A stretch of DNA of 64,000 bases from Candidatus Thermofontivivens primus (lineage in GTDB: Bacteria > Sysuimicrobiota > Sysuimicrobiia > Sysuimicrobiales > Thermofontiviventaceae): NCBI GenBank assembly GCA_031458695.1, contig JAVKJW010000010.1, positions 10,487 through 74,486 on the forward strand, written 5' to 3'. This document shows, one piece after another, positions 31,616-40,529 of the stretch. Each line of letters opens with the position of its first letter. Position 1 is the first letter of the stretch. The notes under the pieces are model-generated. The model saw only the letters and a list, made by a program, of their open reading frames with translations. It ran no database searches and was not told the origin of the DNA. The position numbers were made by a program, and so were the translations under genes.

Positions 31616-32590
31616 ATGACCACACGTGCCAAATCCCTTGAGCCGGAGAGAGCCCTAGTGAGGGGCCCCATAAACGACCTGCCCTCTGTAGCTGGCACTG
31701 AGGAGATTGTGGAGAACGAGGAAGCATCTCCCCCTCCCGACTCCTCTGAAGAATCGGGAGAGGATCTCGATCTCGTCCGCCTCTACCTCCAAGATATTGG
31801 CCGGGTCCCCCTGCTCTCCCGAGAAGAGGAGATCGCCCTCGCCCAACGTGCGGAGGCAGGCGACCTGGAGGCCCGGAAGCGGCTCGTGGAAGCGAACCTC
31901 CGTCTCGTGGTGAGCATCGCGAAACGGTATGGCGGCAGGGGGCTCAGCCTTGGAGATCTCATCCAAGAGGGGACCCTCGGTCTCATCCATGCGGTAAAGA
32001 AGTTTGACTGGCGCAGGGGAGTACGGTTCAGCACGTACGCCACCTGGTGGATCCGGCAGGCTGTGGCGCGCGCGGTGATCGATCAGGGGAGGACCATTCG
32101 CCTACCCCTGTACACCACCGACATTGTACGGCGCATCCATCGCCTTTCGGACCAGCTAAGCCAGAAGCTCGGGAGGGAGCCCTCTTTGGAGGAGATCGCG
32201 AGGGAGAGCGGGCTCTCGAAGAAGGACGTGGAAAACCTGCGGATGATGAGCCAGGAACCACTCTCCCTGGATGCGCCAATCGAGGGGAACGAACCAGATC
32301 CCTTGGGAAACCTCCTGAGCGACATCCGCGCTGTAAACCCCGAAGACCAGGCAACCGACTGGGCCCTCAAGGAGGAAGTACGCAGGCTCCTCTCTGAGCT
32401 GACCCCCAGAGAACGGAAGATTTTAGAGCTCCGATTTGGGCTCGATGACGGCGTGGCCCACTCCCTTGAGGAAATCGGCAGAAAGTTTGGAGTTACCCGA
32501 GAGCGGGTCCGCCAGATCGAGGCGCAGGCGATTCGCAAACTCCGGCACCGAGCACGGGCGAGCAGGCTCAGTGCATGGCTAGCCTCCTAA
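31616..32590 (+). CDS. RpoD/RpoS-like sigma-70 factor (probably alternative, group 2-like)
   Basis: Region 1.2 VRLYLQDIG, region 2 [10 protein letters not shown]...[11 protein letters not shown], region 4.2 [20 protein letters not shown] 31616 follows GGAGG. Confidence 0.93.
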   Translation: MTTRAKSLEPERALVRGPINDLPSVAGTEEIVENEEASPPPDSSEESGEDLDLVRLYLQDIGRVPLLSREEEIALAQRAEAGDLEARKRLVEANLRLVVSIAKRYGGRGLSLGDLIQEGTLGLIHAVKKFDWRRGVRFSTYATWWIRQAVARAVIDQGRTIRLPLYTTDIVRRIHRLSDQLSQKLGREPSLEEIARESGLSKKDVENLRMMSQEPLSLDAPIEGNEPDPLGNLLSDIRAVNPEDQATDWALKEEVRRLLSELTPRERKILELRFGLDDGVAHSLEEIGRKFGVTRERVRQIEAQAIRKLRHRARASRLSAWLAS

Positions 32591-32593
32591 TTG

Positions 32594-32650
32594 CAGGTTC
32601 CAGGTTTTCAGGTTGCAAGTTATTCAGAATTCCATTGAACGTGGAACCTG
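32594..32650. terminator. Inverted repeat between the convergent sigma and SDR genes
   Basis: CAGGTTCCA (32594-32602) and TGGAACCTG (32642-32650). Confidence 0.4.
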
Positions 32651-32651
32651 T

Positions 32652-33425
32652 TTACACCGCACTCATCCCACCATCCACGCAAAGGACCTGGCCTGTAATG
32701 TAACTCGCCGCCTCCGAAGCGAGGAAGACAGCAACTCCCTTGAGCTCCCCTTCCCTGCCTACCCGCCCCATAGGGATCCGGCGCGTCAGCTCTTCCCCGG
32801 CACGTGCAATGACTGCGCTGGACATCCGTGTGGGGAAGAACCCTGGGGCGATGGCGTTTACAGTAATCCCGTACCGGGCCCATTTCACAGCCAGATCCCT
32901 GGTGAGCGCGATGATCGCGCCCTTGCTGGCGGAATACCCGACCGCATCCAGGATTTCTGGAGGTGTCCCCAGAAGCCCAGCAACAGAGGCAATGTTGATA
33001 ATCCTCCCGTACCCCTGGGAGATCATCACCTTCGATGCAGCCTGGCAGGCCAGAAACGTTCCTGTGGCATTGGCTTCCATCACCTCCCGCCAGCGTTCAA
33101 GAGGCATCTCCACAGCGGGTTGACCCCAGCTTCTTCCAGCGGCGTTGACCAGGATATCCAGCCGGCCGAAGTGGTCCATGGTCTTGGCAATGATTCCCTC
33201 CACCTGTTCGGGACGGCTGACATCACAAGGGATCACGAGGGTTTCAATCCCAAGCTCCCGGAGGTGCTCTCCCGCTGGCTGCAGCCACTCCTCCCGCCTC
33301 GCGCAGATCACCACCTTTGCTCCTGCTTCCCCAAGCCCTTCCGCGATCTCCAGCCCAAGCCCCCGAGATCCCCCGGTGACCAGGGCAACCCTCCCTGTAA
33401 GGTCGAACAACCTGTGGACATGCAT
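32652..33425 (-). CDS. Short-chain dehydrogenase/reductase
   Basis: Motifs TGGSRGLG, VNAAG, YSASK and NAIAPGFF. Confidence 0.93.
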   Translation of the reverse strand: MHVHRLFDLTGRVALVTGGSRGLGLEIAEGLGEAGAKVVICARREEWLQPAGEHLRELGIETLVIPCDVSRPEQVEGIIAKTMDHFGRLDILVNAAGRSWGQPAVEMPLERWREVMEANATGTFLACQAASKVMISQGYGRIINIASVAGLLGTPPEILDAVGYSASKGAIIALTRDLAVKWARYGITVNAIAPGFFPTRMSSAVIARAGEELTRRIPMGRVGREGELKGVAVFLASEAASYITGQVLCVDGGMSAV

Positions 33426-33539
33426 CGTTAACCTCCTTGCAGACGAGAATGCCTAGGAAAGTCGTCCTCGCGCGCAGGAGAAACCGCCCCCGCTGCAGAA
33501 AATATTCTCCCTGGGGACCTCCATACCTCGCATGGAGCC

Positions 33540-35393
33540 ATGGCAATCCTCCAGACCAGAGCTACAGTAGAGCAGACCGTGCCGGGGATGTTCTTCTCCC
33601 AGGCAGCGCGTCAAGGAAACCGGACTGCCCTCCGTTATAAGAGGTACGGCATCTGGCACCGGATTACCTGGGAGGAGTACGCCCGGAGGGTTCGGTTCGT
33701 TGCCAACGGCCTCCTCTCCCTTGGGTTAGAGCGAGGGGAGCGCGTTGGGCTCATTGGGGAGAATAGGCCGGAGTGGGTCATCTGCGATCTAGGGATCCAG
33801 GCTGCCGGGGGGATCACCACAGCCATCTACACAACGAGCAGCCCGGAACAGGTTGCCTACATCCTCGGGCACAGCGAGGCCCGGCTCTTTATTGTGGAAA
33901 ACGAGGAACAGCTCGACAAGGCCCTAGTGGTCCGAGGACATCTCCCCCGGCTCGAGCGCATCATTGTGATGGACCGGGAGGGATTGCGGGGGTTCATAGA
34001 TCCTCAGGTGATGTTCCTGGATGAGCTCATGGAACTCGGTGAGCAATTCCAGACCGCCCACCCCCACCTCCTTGAGGAGAGGCTTCGAGAAATCGACCCA
34101 GAGGATGTCGCGGTCTTGATCTACACCTCCGGGACCACAGGCCCTCCCAAGGGAGTCATGCTCACCCACCACAACATCCTTTGGACCACCGAGGCCCTGG
34201 CCAAGGCAAACCCTGTCTATCCGACCGACGAGGTCCTCTCCTTCCTTCCCCTCTCCCATATCGCTGAACGCCAGCTCTCCGTCTTCCTTCCCGTTCGCTG
34301 GGGCTATACGGTGAACTTCTGCGAGAACTTGGACACTGTCCTACAGAACCTCCGGGAAGTCTCCCCCACGGTGATCTTCGCTGTCCCGAGGATCTGGGAA
34401 AAGATCTACTCAGGTGTGGAGCTCCACATGCAGGAGGCCGACTTCGCCAAGCGGATGGCATACCGATGGGCTGTGCGCATTGGGCGGCGCTACGCCGAGG
34501 CCAAGCTCTCCCAATCCCCGCCAGATGCCAAACATGTTGGAAGGTGGAAGGTGCCTTGGTGGCTCCGTGCGCTGTACTTCTTGGCCCACACCTTTGTCCT
34601 CCTCCCTCTCAAGCGCAAGCTTGGGCTTGACCGCGCCCGGCTGGTACTTTCCGGTGCCGCTCCCATCGCCCCCGATATCCTCTGGTACTTCTGGTCCATT
34701 GGCGTACCCATCCGGGAGGTCTACGGCCAAACGGAGGGGAGCGGTCCGACGACCATCCACCAAGGGGAAGACATTAAACTGGGGACGGTTGGCAAGCCGC
34801 TTCCTGGGGTCGAAGTACGCATCGCTGAGGACGGGGAGATTCTCGTCCGTGGTCCGAACGTGTTCAAGGGATACTTCAAAGACCCCGACGCTACTGCTTC
34901 CACCCTCCGTGACGGCTGGCTCCACTCCGGAGACGTAGGAGTCCTCGATGAGGAGGGCTATCTTCGGATCACAGATCGGAAGAAGGACCTGTTCATTACC
35001 TCGGGAGGAAAGAACATCGCCCCTCAGTACATTGAAAACAAGCTCAAGTTTAGTCCCTACATCCATGACGCAGTGGTCGTGGGGGATGGACGCCGCTACC
35101 TCGTCGCGCTCATCGTGATCGACGAAGAGAACGTGACAAAGTGGGCCCAGGACCGGCGCATCCCCTTCACCACGTACTCCGACCTCGCCGGGAACCCGGA
35201 GGTCTATAAGCTCATCTCCGCAGAGGTCGAAGCGGTCAACCGTACCCTGTCGAGCCCCGAACAGGTGAAGAAGTTCGCCATCCTCCCCCGCCGCCTTTAC
35301 GAGGAAGAAGGGGAGATTACCCCCACTCTGAAAGTCAAGCGGAAAGCGATCATGGAGAAGTACCGAGACCTCATCGAGAGTTTGTACCGCTAG
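33540..35393 (+). CDS. Long-chain acyl-CoA synthetase (AMP-dependent ligase)
   Basis: Motifs YTSGTTGPPKG, YGQTE, GWLHSGD, DRKKDLFITSGGKNIAP and TPTLK. Confidence 0.92.
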   Translation: MAILQTRATVEQTVPGMFFSQAARQGNRTALRYKRYGIWHRITWEEYARRVRFVANGLLSLGLERGERVGLIGENRPEWVICDLGIQAAGGITTAIYTTSSPEQVAYILGHSEARLFIVENEEQLDKALVVRGHLPRLERIIVMDREGLRGFIDPQVMFLDELMELGEQFQTAHPHLLEERLREIDPEDVAVLIYTSGTTGPPKGVMLTHHNILWTTEALAKANPVYPTDEVLSFLPLSHIAERQLSVFLPVRWGYTVNFCENLDTVLQNLREVSPTVIFAVPRIWEKIYSGVELHMQEADFAKRMAYRWAVRIGRRYAEAKLSQSPPDAKHVGRWKVPWWLRALYFLAHTFVLLPLKRKLGLDRARLVLSGAAPIAPDILWYFWSIGVPIREVYGQTEGSGPTTIHQGEDIKLGTVGKPLPGVEVRIAEDGEILVRGPNVFKGYFKDPDATASTLRDGWLHSGDVGVLDEEGYLRITDRKKDLFITSGGKNIAPQYIENKLKFSPYIHDAVVVGDGRRYLVALIVIDEENVTKWAQDRRIPFTTYSDLAGNPEVYKLISAEVEAVNRTLSSPEQVKKFAILPRRLYEEEGEITPTLKVKRKAIMEKYRDLIESLYR

Positions 35394-35484
35394 AAGTTCA
35401 CAGGTTGGCGGGTTTGCACGTTGGCTGGTTTTGTGAAAGTGAAAGAAACCTGCACCATGCCGGCTTGGGATCTCCTCTCCATAG

Positions 35485-36264
35485 TCATGCCCATCTGCGA
35501 CGTACTTTGTAGCGGCGATAGCCTTTGATCGAGACCTCTCGATGGACTCCCAGGTAGAGCTCCTGGACGTTGGGGTTTTCCCGCAGTTCCTCCGTCCTCC
35601 CCTCAAGGACGATACGCCCCGTCTCCATCACGTATCCGTAGTGCGCCAGGTTCAGAGCGAGACGGGCGTTCTGCTCCACCAGGAGGATCGTGGTACCCTC
35701 CCTGTGGACCTCCTCGATGATCCGAAAGATCTCCCGAACGACCAGTGGGGCGAGACCCAGCGATGGCTCATCCAGCATGAGGAGCTTAGGGCGCATGAGC
35801 AAGGCTCGAGCGATGGCGAGCATCTGCTGTTCGCCTCCGGAGAGGGTCCCGGCAAGCTGGCGAGAGCGTTCGCGCAACACAGGGAACTTCCCGTAGACCC
35901 GATCCAGATCCTCCTGGATTGCTCGGGTATCGTTGCGCGCATAAGCTCCCAGCAAGAGGTTCTCCCGGACTGTCAGCTCGGGGAAGATCCCCCGCCCCTC
36001 GGGAACGTAGGCGAGCCCAAGGCGGGCGATGTCCTCAGGGTCCCATCCATTGATACGGCGTCCCAGGAATTCCACTGTCCCCTTCTGTGGCTGATTGGGG
36101 ATCATACCCATAATCGTGCGGAGCAGCGTTGTCTTTCCTGCGCCATTGCTCCCCAACAGCGCCACGATCTGTCCCTCGGCTACCTCGAGGGAGACGCCGC
36201 GTAATACAAGCAGGCGGCCATAATAGGCGGTCTCCACATTGGAAACGCGTAACAAAACAGTCAC
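35485..36264 (-). CDS. Liv-type ABC transporter ATPase (LivF-like)
   Basis: Motifs GSNGAGKT, LSGGEQQM, LDEPSLGLAP and VEQN. Confidence 0.93.
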   Translation of the reverse strand: MTVLLRVSNVETAYYGRLLVLRGVSLEVAEGQIVALLGSNGAGKTTLLRTIMGMIPNQPQKGTVEFLGRRINGWDPEDIARLGLAYVPEGRGIFPELTVRENLLLGAYARNDTRAIQEDLDRVYGKFPVLRERSRQLAGTLSGGEQQMLAIARALLMRPKLLMLDEPSLGLAPLVVREIFRIIEEVHREGTTILLVEQNARLALNLAHYGYVMETGRIVLEGRTEELRENPNVQELYLGVHREVSIKGYRRYKVRRRWA

Positions 36265-37037
36265 GAGAGGCTCTCCTCCCCCAGGTAGGCCCGAATCACA
36301 TCAGGATGCTGCTGGACCTCCGCAGGAGTTCCCTCTGCAATCACCTGACCGTGATCCAGAACAATGACCCGCTGGGCGATCCCCATGACCAGCTTCAGGT
36401 CGTGCTCAACGAGCACGATGGTGATCCCTAGTTCCTCCAGGATGTCTTTGATTCGGAATACCAGGTCCTCCTTTTCCTCTGCGGTCATCCCAGAGGAGGG
36501 CTCATCCAGGAGCAGGAGCTTAGGCTCCAGGGCAAGGGCACGCCCCAGCTCCACAAGTTTCTGTTGACCGATGGGCAGGTCGGCAACCCTCCGGTGGCGT
36601 GCCGCCTGAAGGTCGAGGAAGTCCAGGATCTCCTCTGCCCGAGCACGGTGTCGTACCTCCTCCCGCCACCAGCGGGATGTTGCCAGGGCAGCATCCCAGA
36701 AGCCCACACGCATGTGAATATGCCGGGCTAGGAGAATGTTGTCGAGTGCGGTCATGTTTCGGAAGAGCTCGATATTCTGGAATGTCCTGCTGATCCCTAG
36801 CCGAGCGATGGCGTCAGGCCGGAGCCCCCTCAGGTCATGGCCGGCAAAGCGCATCTCTCCCCTGTCCGGCCGGTAGATCCCGCAGAGACAGTTGAAGAGG
36901 GTGGTCTTCCCTGCCCCATTCGGGCCGATGAGGGCAACCAGCTCTCCCTCTTCCACCGTGAGGTCTACGCCGGCGAGCGCTGCGATCCCGCCAAACCGGA
37001 TGGTAAGATCTTTGACCTCCAGCAGGCTCTGGCCCAT
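36261..37037 (-). CDS. Liv-type ABC transporter ATPase (LivG-like)
   Basis: Motifs GPNGAGKTT, RTFQN, LDEP, VEHD and VIRAYLG. Confidence 0.93.
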   Translation of the reverse strand: MGQSLLEVKDLTIRFGGIAALAGVDLTVEEGELVALIGPNGAGKTTLFNCLCGIYRPDRGEMRFAGHDLRGLRPDAIARLGISRTFQNIELFRNMTALDNILLARHIHMRVGFWDAALATSRWWREEVRHRARAEEILDFLDLQAARHRRVADLPIGQQKLVELGRALALEPKLLLLDEPSSGMTAEEKEDLVFRIKDILEELGITIVLVEHDLKLVMGIAQRVIVLDHGQVIAEGTPAEVQQHPDVIRAYLGEESLS

Positions 37038-37210
37038 ACCACACGCCACTTACACCATTGCCGTCGCGGGGCGAGCCCTTCACCTCGAGCAGGGCAACCC
37101 CGCTGACTCAGGTAGACTCCAAGATGGAATCCCTCTAAGCCCTCACAGCTCGTTCCGATGATCCCTGACTCTCAAAAGACCCCGGCGAACCTCTGGACTT
37201 CTCTGGGCAG

Positions 37211-38401
37211 TTAAAACTCCACGGGATACTCGATCCAATCCGTCAGCTTCGTATACCTTCCCTTCTCTGCCCGGACGATGTAGATCCGGTTGATTCCCTG
37301 CCGTCGATCCGGACCGAAAGTTACCCCCCGGATGACCTGCCCATCCCAGTTGCGGATGGTCTCCATGGCAGAGATGAACCGCTCCGTGGTAAGGTCACGT
37401 CCCGCGCGCCGTAGCCCCTCCAAAAACGGCTCCAGGAACGCTACCCCAGCGACAGAGTTGAAGGGGTTCGCCCTGAGCGTAGGGTCGTACTTAAACAAGA
37501 TCTGGAGCGTCTCATCGACCTTCGGGTCGGTGCCAGGGAGGGGGAAGAAAGCGGTCAGGTAGACATCATCCCAGGCCTCACCGGCGAGGGTAAACATGAT
37601 CGGATCGGTGAGGGTGAAGCTCGCGAGGAGCCGGGGACGGTAGCCAATCTTGGCCATCTCCCGGACGATGAGCGCACCATGTCGAGGAGTCGCATACAGG
37701 ATCACTGCATCTGCCCCGGACCCACGGAGTTTGAGGGCATGGCTGCTCAGATCGGTGACGACCAGCTCGTAAGGCACCGCGGAAACAAGCTTGACCGCTC
37801 CTTTCAACGCATTGACGGCGCGTTTGACCCCGAGGAGGCCTTTCTGCCCATAGAGGTCGTTCTGGTAAAAGACCGCCACCTTCTTCACACCAAGCTTCTC
37901 AGCAGCATAGCGTGTCAGAATCGTGGCCTCATGGACATAGCTGGGGTAGGTCACGAAGAGGTACCGCTTCTGCCGGAAGCCTGCCCAGATGCTGGAGTCC
38001 GCCGTGGGGGTGATCCAAATCACCCTGTTCTGAACGATATAATCACGGACAGCAAAAGCATTGGCTGTCCCGATCAACCCGACGATGGCAAAGACGCCTG
38101 CTCGCTCCACGAGCTCCCGCACATTGGCAACTGCCCTCGGCGGGAGGTAGCTATCGTCCCGCAAAATGAAAGTGAGTTTCCGGCCGTGGATTCCCCCTTG
38201 GTCGTTCAGGTATTTGACGTATGCGTCGATGCCCTTCCCCACGGCACCCCAGTAAGCTGCTGGTCCTGAAAGGGGCATGGAGGAACCTAGGACAACCTCT
38301 GTAGGGGTGATCCCGCGCTCCTGTGCCCCGATAAGAGGAGTACTCAGGACCACGAGTCCTGCGACTGCGAGGACCAGACCCTTCCACCTCAACCGTCCCA
38401 T
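37211..38401 (-). CDS. Liv-type ABC substrate-binding protein
   Basis: Signal peptide, then PLSGPAA, NDQGGIHGRK, DDSY and YQNDLYG. Confidence 0.9.
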   Translation of the reverse strand: MGRLRWKGLVLAVAGLVVLSTPLIGAQERGITPTEVVLGSSMPLSGPAAYWGAVGKGIDAYVKYLNDQGGIHGRKLTFILRDDSYLPPRAVANVRELVERAGVFAIVGLIGTANAFAVRDYIVQNRVIWITPTADSSIWAGFRQKRYLFVTYPSYVHEATILTRYAAEKLGVKKVAVFYQNDLYGQKGLLGVKRAVNALKGAVKLVSAVPYELVVTDLSSHALKLRGSGADAVILYATPRHGALIVREMAKIGYRPRLLASFTLTDPIMFTLAGEAWDDVYLTAFFPLPGTDPKVDETLQILFKYDPTLRANPFNSVAGVAFLEPFLEGLRRAGRDLTTERFISAMETIRNWDGQVIRGVTFGPDRRQGINRIYIVRAEKGRYTKLTDWIEYPVEF

Positions 38402-38413
38402 CTTCTCACCTCC

Positions 38414-39295
38414 TCATACGCGTTTTTTGTATTCCCTCCCGAGCAGCCCTTCAGGACGGACGGTAAGCACTAGGACAATGATCGCGAAGGCCAGGGTTGC
38501 CTTGAAGGCCACAGAGACGAACCCACCAAAAAGGCTTTCAATCACCCCAAGCACAAGCCCTCCCACGACGGCTCCTGGAGGGCTATCCATTCCCCCGAGG
38601 ACTGCGGCGGCAAACCCTTTGAGGAAAGGGTCGAGCATCATGAAAGGGTCAAGGAGTGTGACCGGAGCAAGGAGGATCCCCGCAGAGGCGCCAAGGGCAG
38701 AGGCAACCCCCCAGGCAAGGGCCAAAACCCGGCGGGTAGGGATCCCAAGAGCCTGGGCAGCGAGAGGATTCTGAGAGACCGCGCGCATGGCTAGCCCGAC
38801 TTTGGTCCACTGGACGAGGAGGTAGAGCAGGACCATGAGGAAGAATCCCATGATGAGGCTCCCCAGGCTGAGCTGGCTGATCACAATCCCCCCGAGATGG
38901 TATACCTTTGTCTCCGAGAGAAGCGAAGGGAACACCTTGGTGTCAGCCCCCCACACAACCACCACAGCCCCGTTGAGCACAAGGGCAAACCCCAGGGTCA
39001 TCACGATCTGCCCCAAGAGCGTAGCCTCCTTTGCGCGCCGGAGGATAAGGGAGTAGAAACCTGCTCCAAGGAGTCCTGTCGTAGCGAGTGTGAGGAGGTA
39101 AGCCAGGAGTGGAGCAACCCCAAGGCGGGTGATCAGGGTGAATGCGAGAAACGTCCCAAAGGTCGCAATATCCCCGTGGGCGAAGTTGAGGATCCGGGAT
39201 GTCCGGTAGAGGATCACAATACCTAGGGCCACCAGGACGTAGAGGCTCCCTGTGGCCAGTCCATTGAGGGCATACTGCAAAGCTAGAACGGCCAT
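38414..39295 (-). CDS. Liv-type ABC permease (LivH-like)
   Basis: Motifs NGLATGSLYVLVALG, LNFAHG, GLAMRAV and KGFAAAVLGG. Confidence 0.92.
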   Translation of the reverse strand: MAVLALQYALNGLATGSLYVLVALGIVILYRTSRILNFAHGDIATFGTFLAFTLITRLGVAPLLAYLLTLATTGLLGAGFYSLILRRAKEATLLGQIVMTLGFALVLNGAVVVVWGADTKVFPSLLSETKVYHLGGIVISQLSLGSLIMGFFLMVLLYLLVQWTKVGLAMRAVSQNPLAAQALGIPTRRVLALAWGVASALGASAGILLAPVTLLDPFMMLDPFLKGFAAAVLGGMDSPPGAVVGGLVLGVIESLFGGFVSVAFKATLAFAIIVLVLTVRPEGLLGREYKKRV

Positions 39296-40266
39296 GTCTT
39301 CAACCACCACTTGATCCGTAGCCAGCGCCCGTAAAGGCCCCAGGGCTCTACGGCCATGATGAAGATGATGGTACCTCCGTAGACAATGGGGAGCCACTCC
39401 CGGAGCCCGGAGAGTACCTGGGGTAAGATCGTCATCAGGACAGCGCCCAGGATGGAGCCCGGGATCGTCCCAAGCCCTCCCACCACGATCATGCTGAAGT
39501 AATAAATAGATTCGAACAGGGTGAACATCTGAGGTTCGATGTAACCCAGAAGATGTCCCTGGAGGGCACCAGCGACCCCTGCATAGAAAGCGCTGAGCCC
39601 AAAGGCCAGGGTCTTGTAGACCATCAGGTTGACCCCCATGACCTCCGCGGCAACATCGCTATCCCGGATGGCCACGAACGCCCGGCCAATGTGGGAACGA
39701 ACAAGGTTGTAGGCAATCCACGTGAGGACACCCGTTGTCCCTACGGCCAAGTAGTAGAGGGCTGCTTCTGAAGCCAGGGTCCACGGCCCTATGGATGGTT
39801 TGGGAATAAAAAGCCCCATCCTTCCTCCTGAAAGACCTTCCCAGTTGGTCAGCACTTGATGCACAGCGATCCCAAACCCCAAGGTTGCAATCGTGAGGTA
39901 GGGCCCAGTGAGTCGCAGCACGGGGAGGCCAAGGAGAAACCCAAAGAACGCTGCGGAGAAGCCAGAAAGGAGAAAGGCAAAGGGGAAAGGAACCCCTACC
40001 CTTACCATCAAAAGACCAGCGGTATACGCTCCAATGGCCACAAACCCAGCATGACCCAGGGAGATCTGTCCAGTATACCCCGTTAACAGGTTCAGGCCGA
40101 TGGCGACCAGGATATGAATCGCCATCAGCGTGACGATATACACAAGGTAGCGCGGCGCGAGGAGGGGGAATAAGACGAGAACAGCCAGAGCCACCAATAA
40201 CCCCAGCCAGGCGGGAAGTCCCAGGACCAGGGCGAGATCCTCTTCATACCGCTCCCGCAGCTCCAC
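39283..40266 (-). CDS. Liv-type ABC permease (LivM-like)
   Basis: Motifs GLNLLTGYTGQISLGHAGF, GRAFVAIRD and MIVVGGLG. Confidence 0.92.
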   Translation of the reverse strand: MELRERYEEDLALVLGLPAWLGLLVALAVLVLFPLLAPRYLVYIVTLMAIHILVAIGLNLLTGYTGQISLGHAGFVAIGAYTAGLLMVRVGVPFPFAFLLSGFSAAFFGFLLGLPVLRLTGPYLTIATLGFGIAVHQVLTNWEGLSGGRMGLFIPKPSIGPWTLASEAALYYLAVGTTGVLTWIAYNLVRSHIGRAFVAIRDSDVAAEVMGVNLMVYKTLAFGLSAFYAGVAGALQGHLLGYIEPQMFTLFESIYYFSMIVVGGLGTIPGSILGAVLMTILPQVLSGLREWLPIVYGGTIIFIMAVEPWGLYGRWLRIKWWLKTWPF

Positions 40267-40441
40267 CCCTCACTCTCCTCCTGAGGTAAGGTTTGGGATA
40301 TCACGCCTTGCTGGAGGTCTCGAAGTATTCAAGATTCGGCACGTTCGCCGATCCTCCCTTTCTCGGAGGCACGCGTCCATAGTTAAGTGAGATGTCTGTG
40401 CTATATTGGAAAGTGAGAGCTTGCGGAATGGAGCGTCCCTC

Positions 40442-40470
40442 TTCACAAGAGGGGGGAATTCTTCTATAGT
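40442..40470 (+). promoter_or_regulatory. Sigma70-type promoter for the oxoacid oxidoreductase genes
   Basis: TTCACA-N17-TATAGT. Confidence 0.55.
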
Positions 40471-40529
40471 AGGACGAGGGCTTGAGGAAGTCCTAACAGC
40501 CGGGTGAGAGGGCGTAGGAGGCAGATACA

